Positions 56,854-64,000 of a DNA stretch of 64,000 nt are shown piece by piece. This DNA comes from an uncultured Halanaerobiales bacterium (lineage in GTDB: Bacteria > Bacillota > Halanaerobiia > Halanaerobiales > M55B127), in contig CAYSHP010000001.1 in assembly GCA_964430875.1 (NCBI GenBank), positions 22,005 to 86,004 on the forward strand, written 5' to 3'. The position numbers and the translations under genes were made by a program. The notes under the pieces were generated by a model. That model was not told where the DNA came from. It searched no databases and worked only from the letters and a program-made list of their open reading frames with translations. Each line of letters starts with the position of its first letter. Position 1 is the stretch's first letter.

Positions 56854-58779
56854 ATGGTAGTAGTTAATATAGATTCTATTTCTAAATCATATGGTACCCA
56901 GGATGTCTTAGATGATTTTTCTATGTCCGTAAATAAAGGAGAAAAGGTTGCTCTTATTGGTGCCAATGGATCCGGTAAAACCACCATATTTAAGATTATT
57001 AACGGCCAAGAGCATTTTCAAGAAGGTAATTTATCATTAAGAAATGAAATAAGTGTTGGTTTATTAGATCAAATTCCGGAATTTGATTTAAAGAATACTA
57101 TCTATGAGGAACTGTTGACAGTTTTTAAAGATCTTCAAAAGATGGAAGAAAAATTAAAAAAATTAGAAAAAGAAATTAGCACTTTTAAAAAAGAAGATAA
57201 AGACCATCATAAATTAGAAAAACTAATGGATGATTACAGTACGTTAAGCCATGAATATGAAATTAGAGGTGGATATGGTTACGAAAACAAAATAATACAG
57301 GTTGCCTCTGGATTAGGGTTTGACAAATCTGATTTGGAAAAAAAGATTTCTTATCTTAGTGGAGGAGAAAAATCAAGGGTTGGTTTAATAAAATTATTAT
57401 TAAAAGAACCAGATTTGTTATTATTAGATGAACCTACCAACCATTTAGATATTCCTTCTATGCAGTGGTTAGAGCAATTTTTAATCGATTATGATGGGGC
57501 TGTAATTATAATTTCTCATGATAGGTATTTTTTAGACCAGGTAATAGAACGTATTGTCGAAATAGACAATGGCAGAGATGAGAAATATTATGGAAATTAC
57601 AGCTATTATCTAGAAGAAAGAAAAAGAAGATTCGAACAAAAGATGCGAGAATATAAAAACCAACAGAAAAAAATAAAAAAATTAGAAGAATCCATTCATC
57701 AATTGAGAGTCTGGGGACGTTCACGTGATAGTGAGAAGATGTTTAAAAGAGCCAAAGCAATGGAAAAAAGATTGGAAAGAATTGATGAAATAGACAAACC
57801 CACTTTACATGGTAAAAAAATGGATCTTGATTTGGACTTTAATCGTCGCAGTGGTGATGAAGTTTTAAAAGTGAGTAATTTAGATAAATCTTTTGAAGAT
57901 AATACTTTATTAAAAGATTTAAATTTAGACGTGTACTGGCAGGATAAAGCAGTTATAATTGGTGCTAACGGTTCAGGTAAGACTACTCTTTTAGATATCA
58001 TAAATGGCGATATTAGGCCTGATAAAGGGGAAGTTAAGATAGGTGCCAGTGTTAAAATGGGTTATTACCGTCAGGAATTTGAAAAATTTAATCCTGAAGA
58101 TGACTTAGTAACTACATTAGTAAAAGCATGTTCAATGAAAATCAATGAAGCTCGTAATGCTTTAGGAGCTTTTCTTTTTGAAGATAATGAAGTATTTAAA
58201 AAGGTAAAAGATCTAAGTGGTGGAGAAAAAAGTAGGTTAAGGCTCCTGCAGTTAATGAATGGAGATTATAACTTTCTTATCTTAGATGAACCAACAAACC
58301 ACCTTGATTTACCTTCCAGGGAGGTTTTAGAAGAAGTATTACAAGATTATCCTGGTACACTTCTAGTTGTCTCTCATGATAGATACTTTATAAATAAAAT
58401 AATTAACCATACTTATGAATTAGAAAATAATAAGCTAAAGAAATATCTTGGTGATTATGAATATTATAAGAAGAAAAAGAAAAAATTATTTGATCAAAGT
58501 CAAAACAAGGATGAAAGCAGCAATAATGTAAAAAAAGATAATTATTACTTTAAACAAAAAAAGCGAGAAAGAAAAGAAAGAAAAAGAAAGAGAAAATTAA
58601 ATGAGATAGAAGAAAAAATAGAAAAGAAAGAAAAAAAAGTTAAAGAATTAGAAAATAAAATGGTGGACCCAGAATATATAGATAATTTTAAAAAGTTGAA
58701 TAAATTTAAAGCCGAACATCAAGATTTAAAAGAGGAATTAGATAAATTATACGAACAATGGGAAAAATATTTGAATTGA
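56854..58779 (+). CDS. ABC-F family ATPase (Uup/YfmR-like) with a C-terminal coiled coil
   Basis: Two NBDs (GANGSGKTT twice, LSGGEKSR twice, LLLDEPTNHLD / LILDEPTNHLD), no TMD, K/E-rich C-terminal domain. Confidence 0.9.
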   Translation: MVVVNIDSISKSYGTQDVLDDFSMSVNKGEKVALIGANGSGKTTIFKIINGQEHFQEGNLSLRNEISVGLLDQIPEFDLKNTIYEELLTVFKDLQKMEEKLKKLEKEISTFKKEDKDHHKLEKLMDDYSTLSHEYEIRGGYGYENKIIQVASGLGFDKSDLEKKISYLSGGEKSRVGLIKLLLKEPDLLLLDEPTNHLDIPSMQWLEQFLIDYDGAVIIISHDRYFLDQVIERIVEIDNGRDEKYYGNYSYYLEERKRRFEQKMREYKNQQKKIKKLEESIHQLRVWGRSRDSEKMFKRAKAMEKRLERIDEIDKPTLHGKKMDLDLDFNRRSGDEVLKVSNLDKSFEDNTLLKDLNLDVYWQDKAVIIGANGSGKTTLLDIINGDIRPDKGEVKIGASVKMGYYRQEFEKFNPEDDLVTTLVKACSMKINEARNALGAFLFEDNEVFKKVKDLSGGEKSRLRLLQLMNGDYNFLILDEPTNHLDLPSREVLEEVLQDYPGTLLVVSHDRYFINKIINHTYELENNKLKKYLGDYEYYKKKKKKLFDQSQNKDESSNNVKKDNYYFKQKKRERKERKRKRKLNEIEEKIEKKEKKVKELENKMVDPEYIDNFKKLNKFKAEHQDLKEELDKLYEQWEKYLN

Positions 58780-58804
58780 TTTTCTTGTAAAATTGTATTA
58801 TAAT
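58776..58804 (+). promoter_or_regulatory. promoter for tRNA-Arg
   Basis: TTGATT (58776-58781), 17 nt, TATAAT (58799-58804). Lies ~15 nt upstream of the tRNA 5' end. Confidence 0.5.
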
Positions 58805-58818
58805 CTAAGTTATTATAA

Positions 58819-58893
58819 ACCCCTGTAGCTCAGTGGATAGAGCATCGGCCTCCGGAGCCGAGTGCGCAGGTTCGATTCCTGCTAGGGGTACCA
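58819..58893 (+). tRNA. tRNA-Arg (anticodon CCG), CCA encoded
   Basis: Hand-folded cloverleaf: acceptor ACCCCTG/TAGGGGT, D arm GCTC-AGTGGATA-GAGC (A20 present), anticodon arm TCGGC-CTCCGGA-GCCGA, T arm GCAGG-TTCGATT-CCTGC, discriminator A, CCA. Confidence 0.9.
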
Positions 58894-58961
58894 TTTTTAT
58901 TTTTTGGTAATAAGTAACAAAATAATGCCGATTAATTTTTAAAAATATACAAAAATAGGTA

Positions 58962-58990
58962 TTGCATTATTTATTATCATAAGTTATACT
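58962..58990 (+). promoter_or_regulatory. sigma-70 type promoter of the sORF unit
   Basis: TTGCAT (58962-58967), 17 nt, TATACT (58985-58990). Confidence 0.55.
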
Positions 58991-59103
58991 AGGTTTAAGA
59001 ACACGAGATATACAGAGTAGTTTTTAAAAAAATTATAAATGGAACAAAGTAGACTTGTAGCGAGGATGTTCCCTACTAAATCTTTGAAAGGGGGACATTT
59101 GCA

Positions 59104-59226
59104 ATGTTTAATATCTACAAGAAAAAGGTGAAAAAAGCAAGTCATAATCACCAATTCAACAGTAACAATTACAGAGATCAAGTAATTGATGATCTGTTGA
59201 GAAAAAATGGTTTTTATTTCTTTTAG
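59104..59226 (+). CDS. small ORF, 40 aa, unknown function
   Basis: ATG 8 nt after AAAGGGGGA. Product MFNIYKKKVKKASHNHQFNSNNYRDQVIDDLLRKNGFYFF. Bracketed by its own promoter and terminator. Below the ORF-track size cut-off. Confidence 0.5.
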   Translation: MFNIYKKKVKKASHNHQFNSNNYRDQVIDDLLRKNGFYFF

Positions 59227-59243
59227 AAATTAAAATGTATTTT

Positions 59244-59277
59244 AAAAAGCTGTCGGGAATTCCCGGCAGTTTTTTTA
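59244..59277 (+). terminator. intrinsic (potentially bidirectional) terminator
   Basis: AAAAAG-CTGTCGGG-AATT-CCCGGCAG-TTTTTTT. Confidence 0.8.
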
Positions 59278-59392
59278 TTTTCTTTTAAAAAATTATATTA
59301 TATTTCCTAATTTTATCTTTTGAGACATACAGGTGTTTTGTCGTTTTTCCAGAAATAATAACATATAATAAGAAATTATTGGAGGGAAAATT

Positions 59393-59962
59393 ATGAACTT
59401 AATGCAAGGTGTTGAATTTTCACACTGGCTATTCAGTAACTTTATAGATAATAACAAAATATTTGTTGATGCCACTTGTGGTAACGGTAACGACACTTTA
59501 TTTTTAGCTGAAAAGGTGAGTTCTCAGGGTAAAATATATGCTTTTGATATTCAAAAAGAGGCAGTTCAAATCACTAAAGAAAAATTTGATAATATAGATT
59601 ATGATTTTGATATCGACTTTATAGTTGATGGACATGAAAATATTGATAGTTATCTAGAAAATAAAATTGATGGTATCATATATAATCTTGGCTATTTACC
59701 TGGATCCCAAAAAGATATTAAAACAGAAAAAGTTACTACCATAAAATCCTTAAAAAAAGCATTAGAATTATTATCTCAAGGAGGACTTATTGTAATTGTA
59801 ATATACACAGAGCATCAAGGTGGAAATGAAGAGAAAGAAGCAGTTTTAGATTTTGCTTCTAAATTGGATTATAAAAAATATAATGTACTACATTACCACT
59901 TTATTAATCAGAAGAAAAACCCGCCGGAAGTAATAGGGATTAAAAAAAGGAGCGATAAATAA
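59393..59962 (+). CDS. mnmM: class I SAM-dependent methyltransferase, YtqB/MnmM-like (putative tRNA mnm5s2U methyltransferase)
   Basis: VDATCGNGNDTLFLAE ... GKIYAFDIQKEAV matches the PF06962 / B. subtilis YtqB pattern. Confidence 0.6.
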   Translation: MNLMQGVEFSHWLFSNFIDNNKIFVDATCGNGNDTLFLAEKVSSQGKIYAFDIQKEAVQITKEKFDNIDYDFDIDFIVDGHENIDSYLENKIDGIIYNLGYLPGSQKDIKTEKVTTIKSLKKALELLSQGGLIVIVIYTEHQGGNEEKEAVLDFASKLDYKKYNVLHYHFINQKKNPPEVIGIKKRSDK

Positions 59963-61255
59963 ATGAAACCAGCTGTTAAGTTTATACACACTGCTGATCT
60001 GCATTTAGGCAGTCGGTTACAAATTAATACTGATGAAGAACTTGATTTAGAATATAACAATGCTGTCTATAAATCTTTTGAAAAAATTATAGATGCTGCT
60101 ATAAATAATAAGGTTCATTTTGTACTGATTGCTGGTGATGTATTTGATAATGAGGCAAGGTCAGTTAAAGCTACCCGTTTTTTTAAAAAACAATGTGAAA
60201 GGTTAAATAATAACAATATAGATATATTTTTAATTAATGGTAACCATGACCCCTATAGAATAGGTGGTGAACTATTAGAACTGCCTTCTAATGTAAAAAT
60301 TTGTGATACAGAAGAAGTCAGTACCTTCAATATATATGATAAAGATAAACTAATTGCCAGAGTTTTAGGTCAGTCTTACCGAGGCAAGGCTGAATCCCGT
60401 AAGATGTATACATTTTATACTACACCTGATCAAAGTGTTTATAACATAGGATTACTTCATACTCAATTAGATCCTAATAATAATAATTATGTTCCGGTTT
60501 CTAAAAATGATTTAATGGATAATAATCATATTGATTATTGGGCTTTAGGACATATCCATGAAAAGAAAGTTATAAATGATCATATTCCATATATAATTTA
60601 TCCCGGTATACCCCAGGGGCGGGATATTGGAGAAGTAGGTCCCGGTGGTTATTTTTTAGTTAAACTTGAACCAGAAGATAGTTATTATAGCTATCAAGAA
60701 GTATCTGATTATATATTTAAACGTATAGAAATTTATTTAAATGAGTTGGAAGAAGAAAATTTAACTGAATTAAATTATTTTATTAAAGATCAATTAGAAA
60801 AAATTTATAATAATTTAGATAAGGAAATTAAAGGATATATATGTCGTTTAGTACTAAAAGGTAAAACAAAAGTTTCAAAAGTTTTAAAAGAACAAAGAGA
60901 AGAAGCTATAAATGATCTTTTATACAATATAAGGATTCATTTTAAGAATAGATCACCACTATTATGGGTAAACAGTATTGCAGACCACACTTCAAAAAAA
61001 TTACCTAATATGAATGAAATATTAGAAAATGATCCTTTTATAAAAGAATTTACTTCGTTTTTAGAAAATATAAAAGAAGATAAGAAAGAAAGACAAAAGT
61101 TGAAACAAAAGATGGGGGAAATTTGGAATCCTGAAGTAGATTTAGAAAATAAAAACCCAAAAGAATTTCAGGTTACAGAGGATGAATTTGCAGAATTATT
61201 TGAGCAAGCTAAAACTGAAATAATTGAGTCATTCATTGAAAGAAGGGATTATTAA
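59963..61255 (+). CDS. SbcD/Mre11-like metallophosphoesterase nuclease (YhaO/SbcF-like)
   Basis: HTADLHLG, AGDVFD, GNHD, GHIH calcineurin-like motifs. The stop abuts the ATPase gene start. Confidence 0.85.
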   Translation: MKPAVKFIHTADLHLGSRLQINTDEELDLEYNNAVYKSFEKIIDAAINNKVHFVLIAGDVFDNEARSVKATRFFKKQCERLNNNNIDIFLINGNHDPYRIGGELLELPSNVKICDTEEVSTFNIYDKDKLIARVLGQSYRGKAESRKMYTFYTTPDQSVYNIGLLHTQLDPNNNNYVPVSKNDLMDNNHIDYWALGHIHEKKVINDHIPYIIYPGIPQGRDIGEVGPGGYFLVKLEPEDSYYSYQEVSDYIFKRIEIYLNELEEENLTELNYFIKDQLEKIYNNLDKEIKGYICRLVLKGKTKVSKVLKEQREEAINDLLYNIRIHFKNRSPLLWVNSIADHTSKKLPNMNEILENDPFIKEFTSFLENIKEDKKERQKLKQKMGEIWNPEVDLENKNPKEFQVTEDEFAELFEQAKTEIIESFIERRDY

Positions 61256-64000
61256 ATGAAATATGAAGATATATATATTAATGATTTTGGCATATTTGCT
61301 AAGACTAGTTTATTAGATTTAAATCCAAATTTTAATATTATCGGAGGTGCTAATAGGGCAGGTAAAACTACTCTTTTAAAACTTCTTAGATACATTGGCT
61401 ATGGAATACCAAAAACAGATCAAATACCACCTGCACGTAATAGTTATGATCTTGAAGCAATTATTAATGATGATAAAGCAAGATATAGTTTATTAATAAA
61501 TGGATATGCCAAACCAAAGATAAATGATTTAGGTGATAATGAAAAAGAGATAGAAAATATTTTTAAAAATATAGATCAATTCACCTATAAGCAACTTTTT
61601 ACCATAACTTTAGATGAACTAAAAAAAATACCGGCTGGTGTTAGTGATACTGAGAAACTACAGTCAGTTTTAATGGGGGCGGGGCTAAAAGAATATACTT
61701 TAATTCCTCAATTAAAAGAAGATTTTAAAAGTGAGGCAAAAGATATAGCAGGAAAATATGGCAAAATTAATGTAGGTAATTTTAAAGAATATAATCAGAT
61801 AATTGAGGAAGGAATAGAATTAAAAAAGGAAGCACAAAAACAGGTTAAAGAATATTATAACTTAAAAGATAAATTAAAAGATATAAAAAGTGAAATTGAT
61901 GATAAAGATAAAGATCAAGTCAACTTAAGAAAAGAAAAAAACAAATTAGATTTAATTAAAAGTAATTACAATGTAATTGAAGAGTTGATTACATTAAAAA
62001 ATGAATTAAACAAAGAAAAATATTTGCAATTACCAACCGATAAAAAGAAATTTTATCCCGAAAGAGCCAAAGAACTTTATGAAAGTTATAAAAATATTGA
62101 AAGTAATTTTAAAGAGTTACAAACTGATTATAATAAATTTGCAAGCCGAGATTATAATGAAGAAATAGAAACAGATATTTTAAATTATAATGATAAGATA
62201 GATGATTATTATAATAATATATCTGGTTTAAAAGAAAGATATAATAATATTCTTGCTAAGGAAAAGGAGCTAGAGAAAAGATTACAACAAATAAAAAAAG
62301 AAGGAACTTCTGTTAGTGATTATCTTTCAAAAAATTTGGAAGAACTATTAGAATTAGAGACTTCAATTGAGTTTAAAAATGATTTAAGAAAATTGGTAAA
62401 AGAATTTGAACAAGTTACTACTAAGATAGACAATAAAAAAGAAGAGATAGAAAAATTAACAAGAGATATAGATTCAAAAGAAAATAAGAAAAAAGAATTA
62501 GAACAAAATAAGTTTGCTGAGAAACAAAATAATATATATCTATATTCAGCTATTGCAGGTATTATCTTAATAACTTATTTATCTTTTATTAATCTAAGAT
62601 TTTTGGGTTTATACTTAATTGATGCCTTTATATTTTATAAATATTGGCAGGGTTATACTAAAAAGAATGAATATGAAAAGCAAAAAGAAAAAATAGAAGT
62701 AGAAATTAATGATTTAAAAAGAGAAAATATAATTTTAGAAGAAGAGTTATCTGATTTAAAAGAAATAAAAAATAAAATTAATGCGAGATTTACTGAAATT
62801 AAAAGTTCTATTAATTTAAATGAAGAAATACAACCGAAATTACTGCAAGAATATTATGAAGATATTTTAGATTTGAAAAATAAATATATAGGGTATAATA
62901 ATATGAAAAAAGATTTAGAGCAAAAAAAGAAATCATTTAATAAAGAGATTAAAGAAATATATAATTTTTTAAATAAATTTGCTGATTTATTACCATTTAA
63001 AGAGATTGAAAAAGATAAAATTTTCAATTTTGTTAATGAGATAATCAATAATTTAAAAACAATTTATCAAGTAAAGGAATTATTACAGAAACTAAAGAAA
63101 TTAAGATTAGAGAAAACAGATATAAAAGAAAAATTATATGGATTAGAAGGCATGAGTTTAATAGATAAAAATGATAGAGATCTTTATGTAATAGTAAAAG
63201 ATTATCAAGAAAAATCAGAACTTATTTCTTTATATAATAGTAATAAAGAGAGAGTAAAAGAAATAGAAAATCAGCTAGCTAATATCACAGAACAAACTAA
63301 AGAAGCATTTAATATAAATGAAAGTCTCAAAAAAGATGAGATAATATCTGTTTTCTTAAAGGAATATGATAAATATATTTCATATCAACAGGTAGTTGAA
63401 AAATTTAACACTACTGGACAAAAATTAAATAATATATTAGATGAATTAGAACAACTGAAAGCAAAAAAAGAAGAAATTAAATTGAAGATGGATAATTTAG
63501 CCACAGAAGATAAATTAATAAAGGCAGAAAACAAAATTAATAAAGCACGCAATAATATGAAACCTTTGGCAGAAAGATATGCTATAAATAATATGTCTTC
63601 TTATTTATTAGAGAGATACTGGCAGAAATTTTTAAAAGAGAAAAAGGATAAGCTATTAAATAAAGCAAGTGAACTAATGAAAAAGATAACAAGTGGTGAA
63701 TATAAAAAAATTGAACCATTAGAAAGCTTAACAGACCCTAATTTTAAAGTTCAGGGTAATAAGGGTAAAGTATTTGAAAATGTTGATTATTTAAGCAGAG
63801 GTACTAGAGAACAACTATTTATGGCGATAAGAATAAATAGAATAATGGAAATAGAACCGACTTTGCCTGTAATAATTGATGATTCTCTAGTAAATTTTGA
63901 TCCTAAACATCTAAGAAATATTTTCGATATAATTAATAATTTAAAAAACAGTAATCAGATCTTCTTTTTGACATGCCATCCCGAACAGATTGAATTTTTG
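61256..64000 (+). CDS. Rad50/SbcC-like AAA ATPase (YhaN/SbcE-like), 3' end beyond the window
   Basis: Own translation; open through base 64000 (915 codons). Walker A GANRAGKTT, long K/E coiled coils, central hydrophobic hairpin, signature LSRGTREQL, Walker B PVIIDDSLVNFD. Confidence 0.85.
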   Translation, partial: MKYEDIYINDFGIFAKTSLLDLNPNFNIIGGANRAGKTTLLKLLRYIGYGIPKTDQIPPARNSYDLEAIINDDKARYSLLINGYAKPKINDLGDNEKEIENIFKNIDQFTYKQLFTITLDELKKIPAGVSDTEKLQSVLMGAGLKEYTLIPQLKEDFKSEAKDIAGKYGKINVGNFKEYNQIIEEGIELKKEAQKQVKEYYNLKDKLKDIKSEIDDKDKDQVNLRKEKNKLDLIKSNYNVIEELITLKNELNKEKYLQLPTDKKKFYPERAKELYESYKNIESNFKELQTDYNKFASRDYNEEIETDILNYNDKIDDYYNNISGLKERYNNILAKEKELEKRLQQIKKEGTSVSDYLSKNLEELLELETSIEFKNDLRKLVKEFEQVTTKIDNKKEEIEKLTRDIDSKENKKKELEQNKFAEKQNNIYLYSAIAGIILITYLSFINLRFLGLYLIDAFIFYKYWQGYTKKNEYEKQKEKIEVEINDLKRENIILEEELSDLKEIKNKINARFTEIKSSINLNEEIQPKLLQEYYEDILDLKNKYIGYNNMKKDLEQKKKSFNKEIKEIYNFLNKFADLLPFKEIEKDKIFNFVNEIINNLKTIYQVKELLQKLKKLRLEKTDIKEKLYGLEGMSLIDKNDRDLYVIVKDYQEKSELISLYNSNKERVKEIENQLANITEQTKEAFNINESLKKDEIISVFLKEYDKYISYQQVVEKFNTTGQKLNNILDELEQLKAKKEEIKLKMDNLATEDKLIKAENKINKARNNMKPLAERYAINNMSSYLLERYWQKFLKEKKDKLLNKASELMKKITSGEYKKIEPLESLTDPNFKVQGNKGKVFENVDYLSRGTREQLFMAIRINRIMEIEPTLPVIIDDSLVNFDPKHLRNIFDIINNLKNSNQIFFLTCHPEQIEFL

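Noticed and set aside
58480-58660. Purine-rich AAGAAA/GAAAAA repeats that look like a tandem repeat or low-complexity element.
   Set aside because: They are in frame within the ABC-F gene and encode its K/E/R-rich C-terminal coiled-coil domain. There is no unit periodicity beyond codon bias.
58984-59181. A hydrophobic 65-aa minus-strand ORF antisense to the sORF transcript, considered as a type I toxin with an antisense RNA antitoxin.
   Set aside because: It starts at TTG with no SD-like sequence upstream and no promoter on the minus strand that I can see. The + strand has a complete promoter/SD/ATG/terminator set. The hydrophobicity is expected from antisense reading of a K/N-rich region.
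1-64000. A whole-window scan for CRISPR arrays, IS/transposase or integrase genes, prophage remnants, toxin-antitoxin pairs and known defence modules, including reading the SbcD-like/AAA-ATPase pair as a defence system.
   Set aside because: No direct-repeat arrays, terminal inverted repeats or recombinase genes were seen. The nuclease/ATPase pair matches the conserved chromosomal YhaO/YhaN (SbcF/SbcE) repair genes in motif content and arrangement, so a defence interpretation is not needed.

Overview
Low-GC (~30%) chromosomal window with clostridial-type synteny. It probably comes from an anaerobic Firmicute, perhaps Halanaerobiia-like; that placement is inference from Rnf, gene order and acidic linkers. 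Almost all genes are housekeeping and lie on the + strand. In order: the 3' part of valS; an 11-gene purine operon (purD-E-B-C-S-Q-L-F-M-N-H) behind a tandem riboswitch leader; a small accessory block (Gfo/Idh/MocA oxidoreductase, racemase-like protein, orphan FecCD permease, MoaB-like protein, GH65 phosphorylase, two EamA transporters); DUF47-PiT; an MFS gene (-); glgC, pdxK, tkt, a CCA-type nucleotidyltransferase, folC and a SPOR protein; rnfCDGEAB; a NusG-II/Gx-transporter pair; maf-radC-mreBCD-PBP2-minCDE-rodA; a radical-SAM pair plus RNase G; rplU-rpmA-obg-yhbY; an isomerase-like gene; an ABC-F ATPase; tRNA-Arg(CCG); a stand-alone 40-codon sORF unit; and mnmM-like, SbcD-like and (3'-truncated) SbcE/YhaN-like genes. 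I found no CRISPR array, IS element, integrase, prophage or recognisable defence module, so I cannot point to a convincing novel multi-gene system. The best leads are: (1) the guanine plus ykkC-subtype-2 (PRPP-type) tandem aptamers sharing one terminator; (2) a minE gene missing from the ORF track that seems to start at ATC, and a possible non-canonical radC start; (3) an Asp/Glu-racemase-family protein with both catalytic Cys replaced by Ser; (4) a Rad50-like ATPase with a membrane hairpin where a zinc hook would sit; (5) an orphan promoter-sORF-terminator unit. All calls come from reading the sequence and remembered family motifs. No searches were run.
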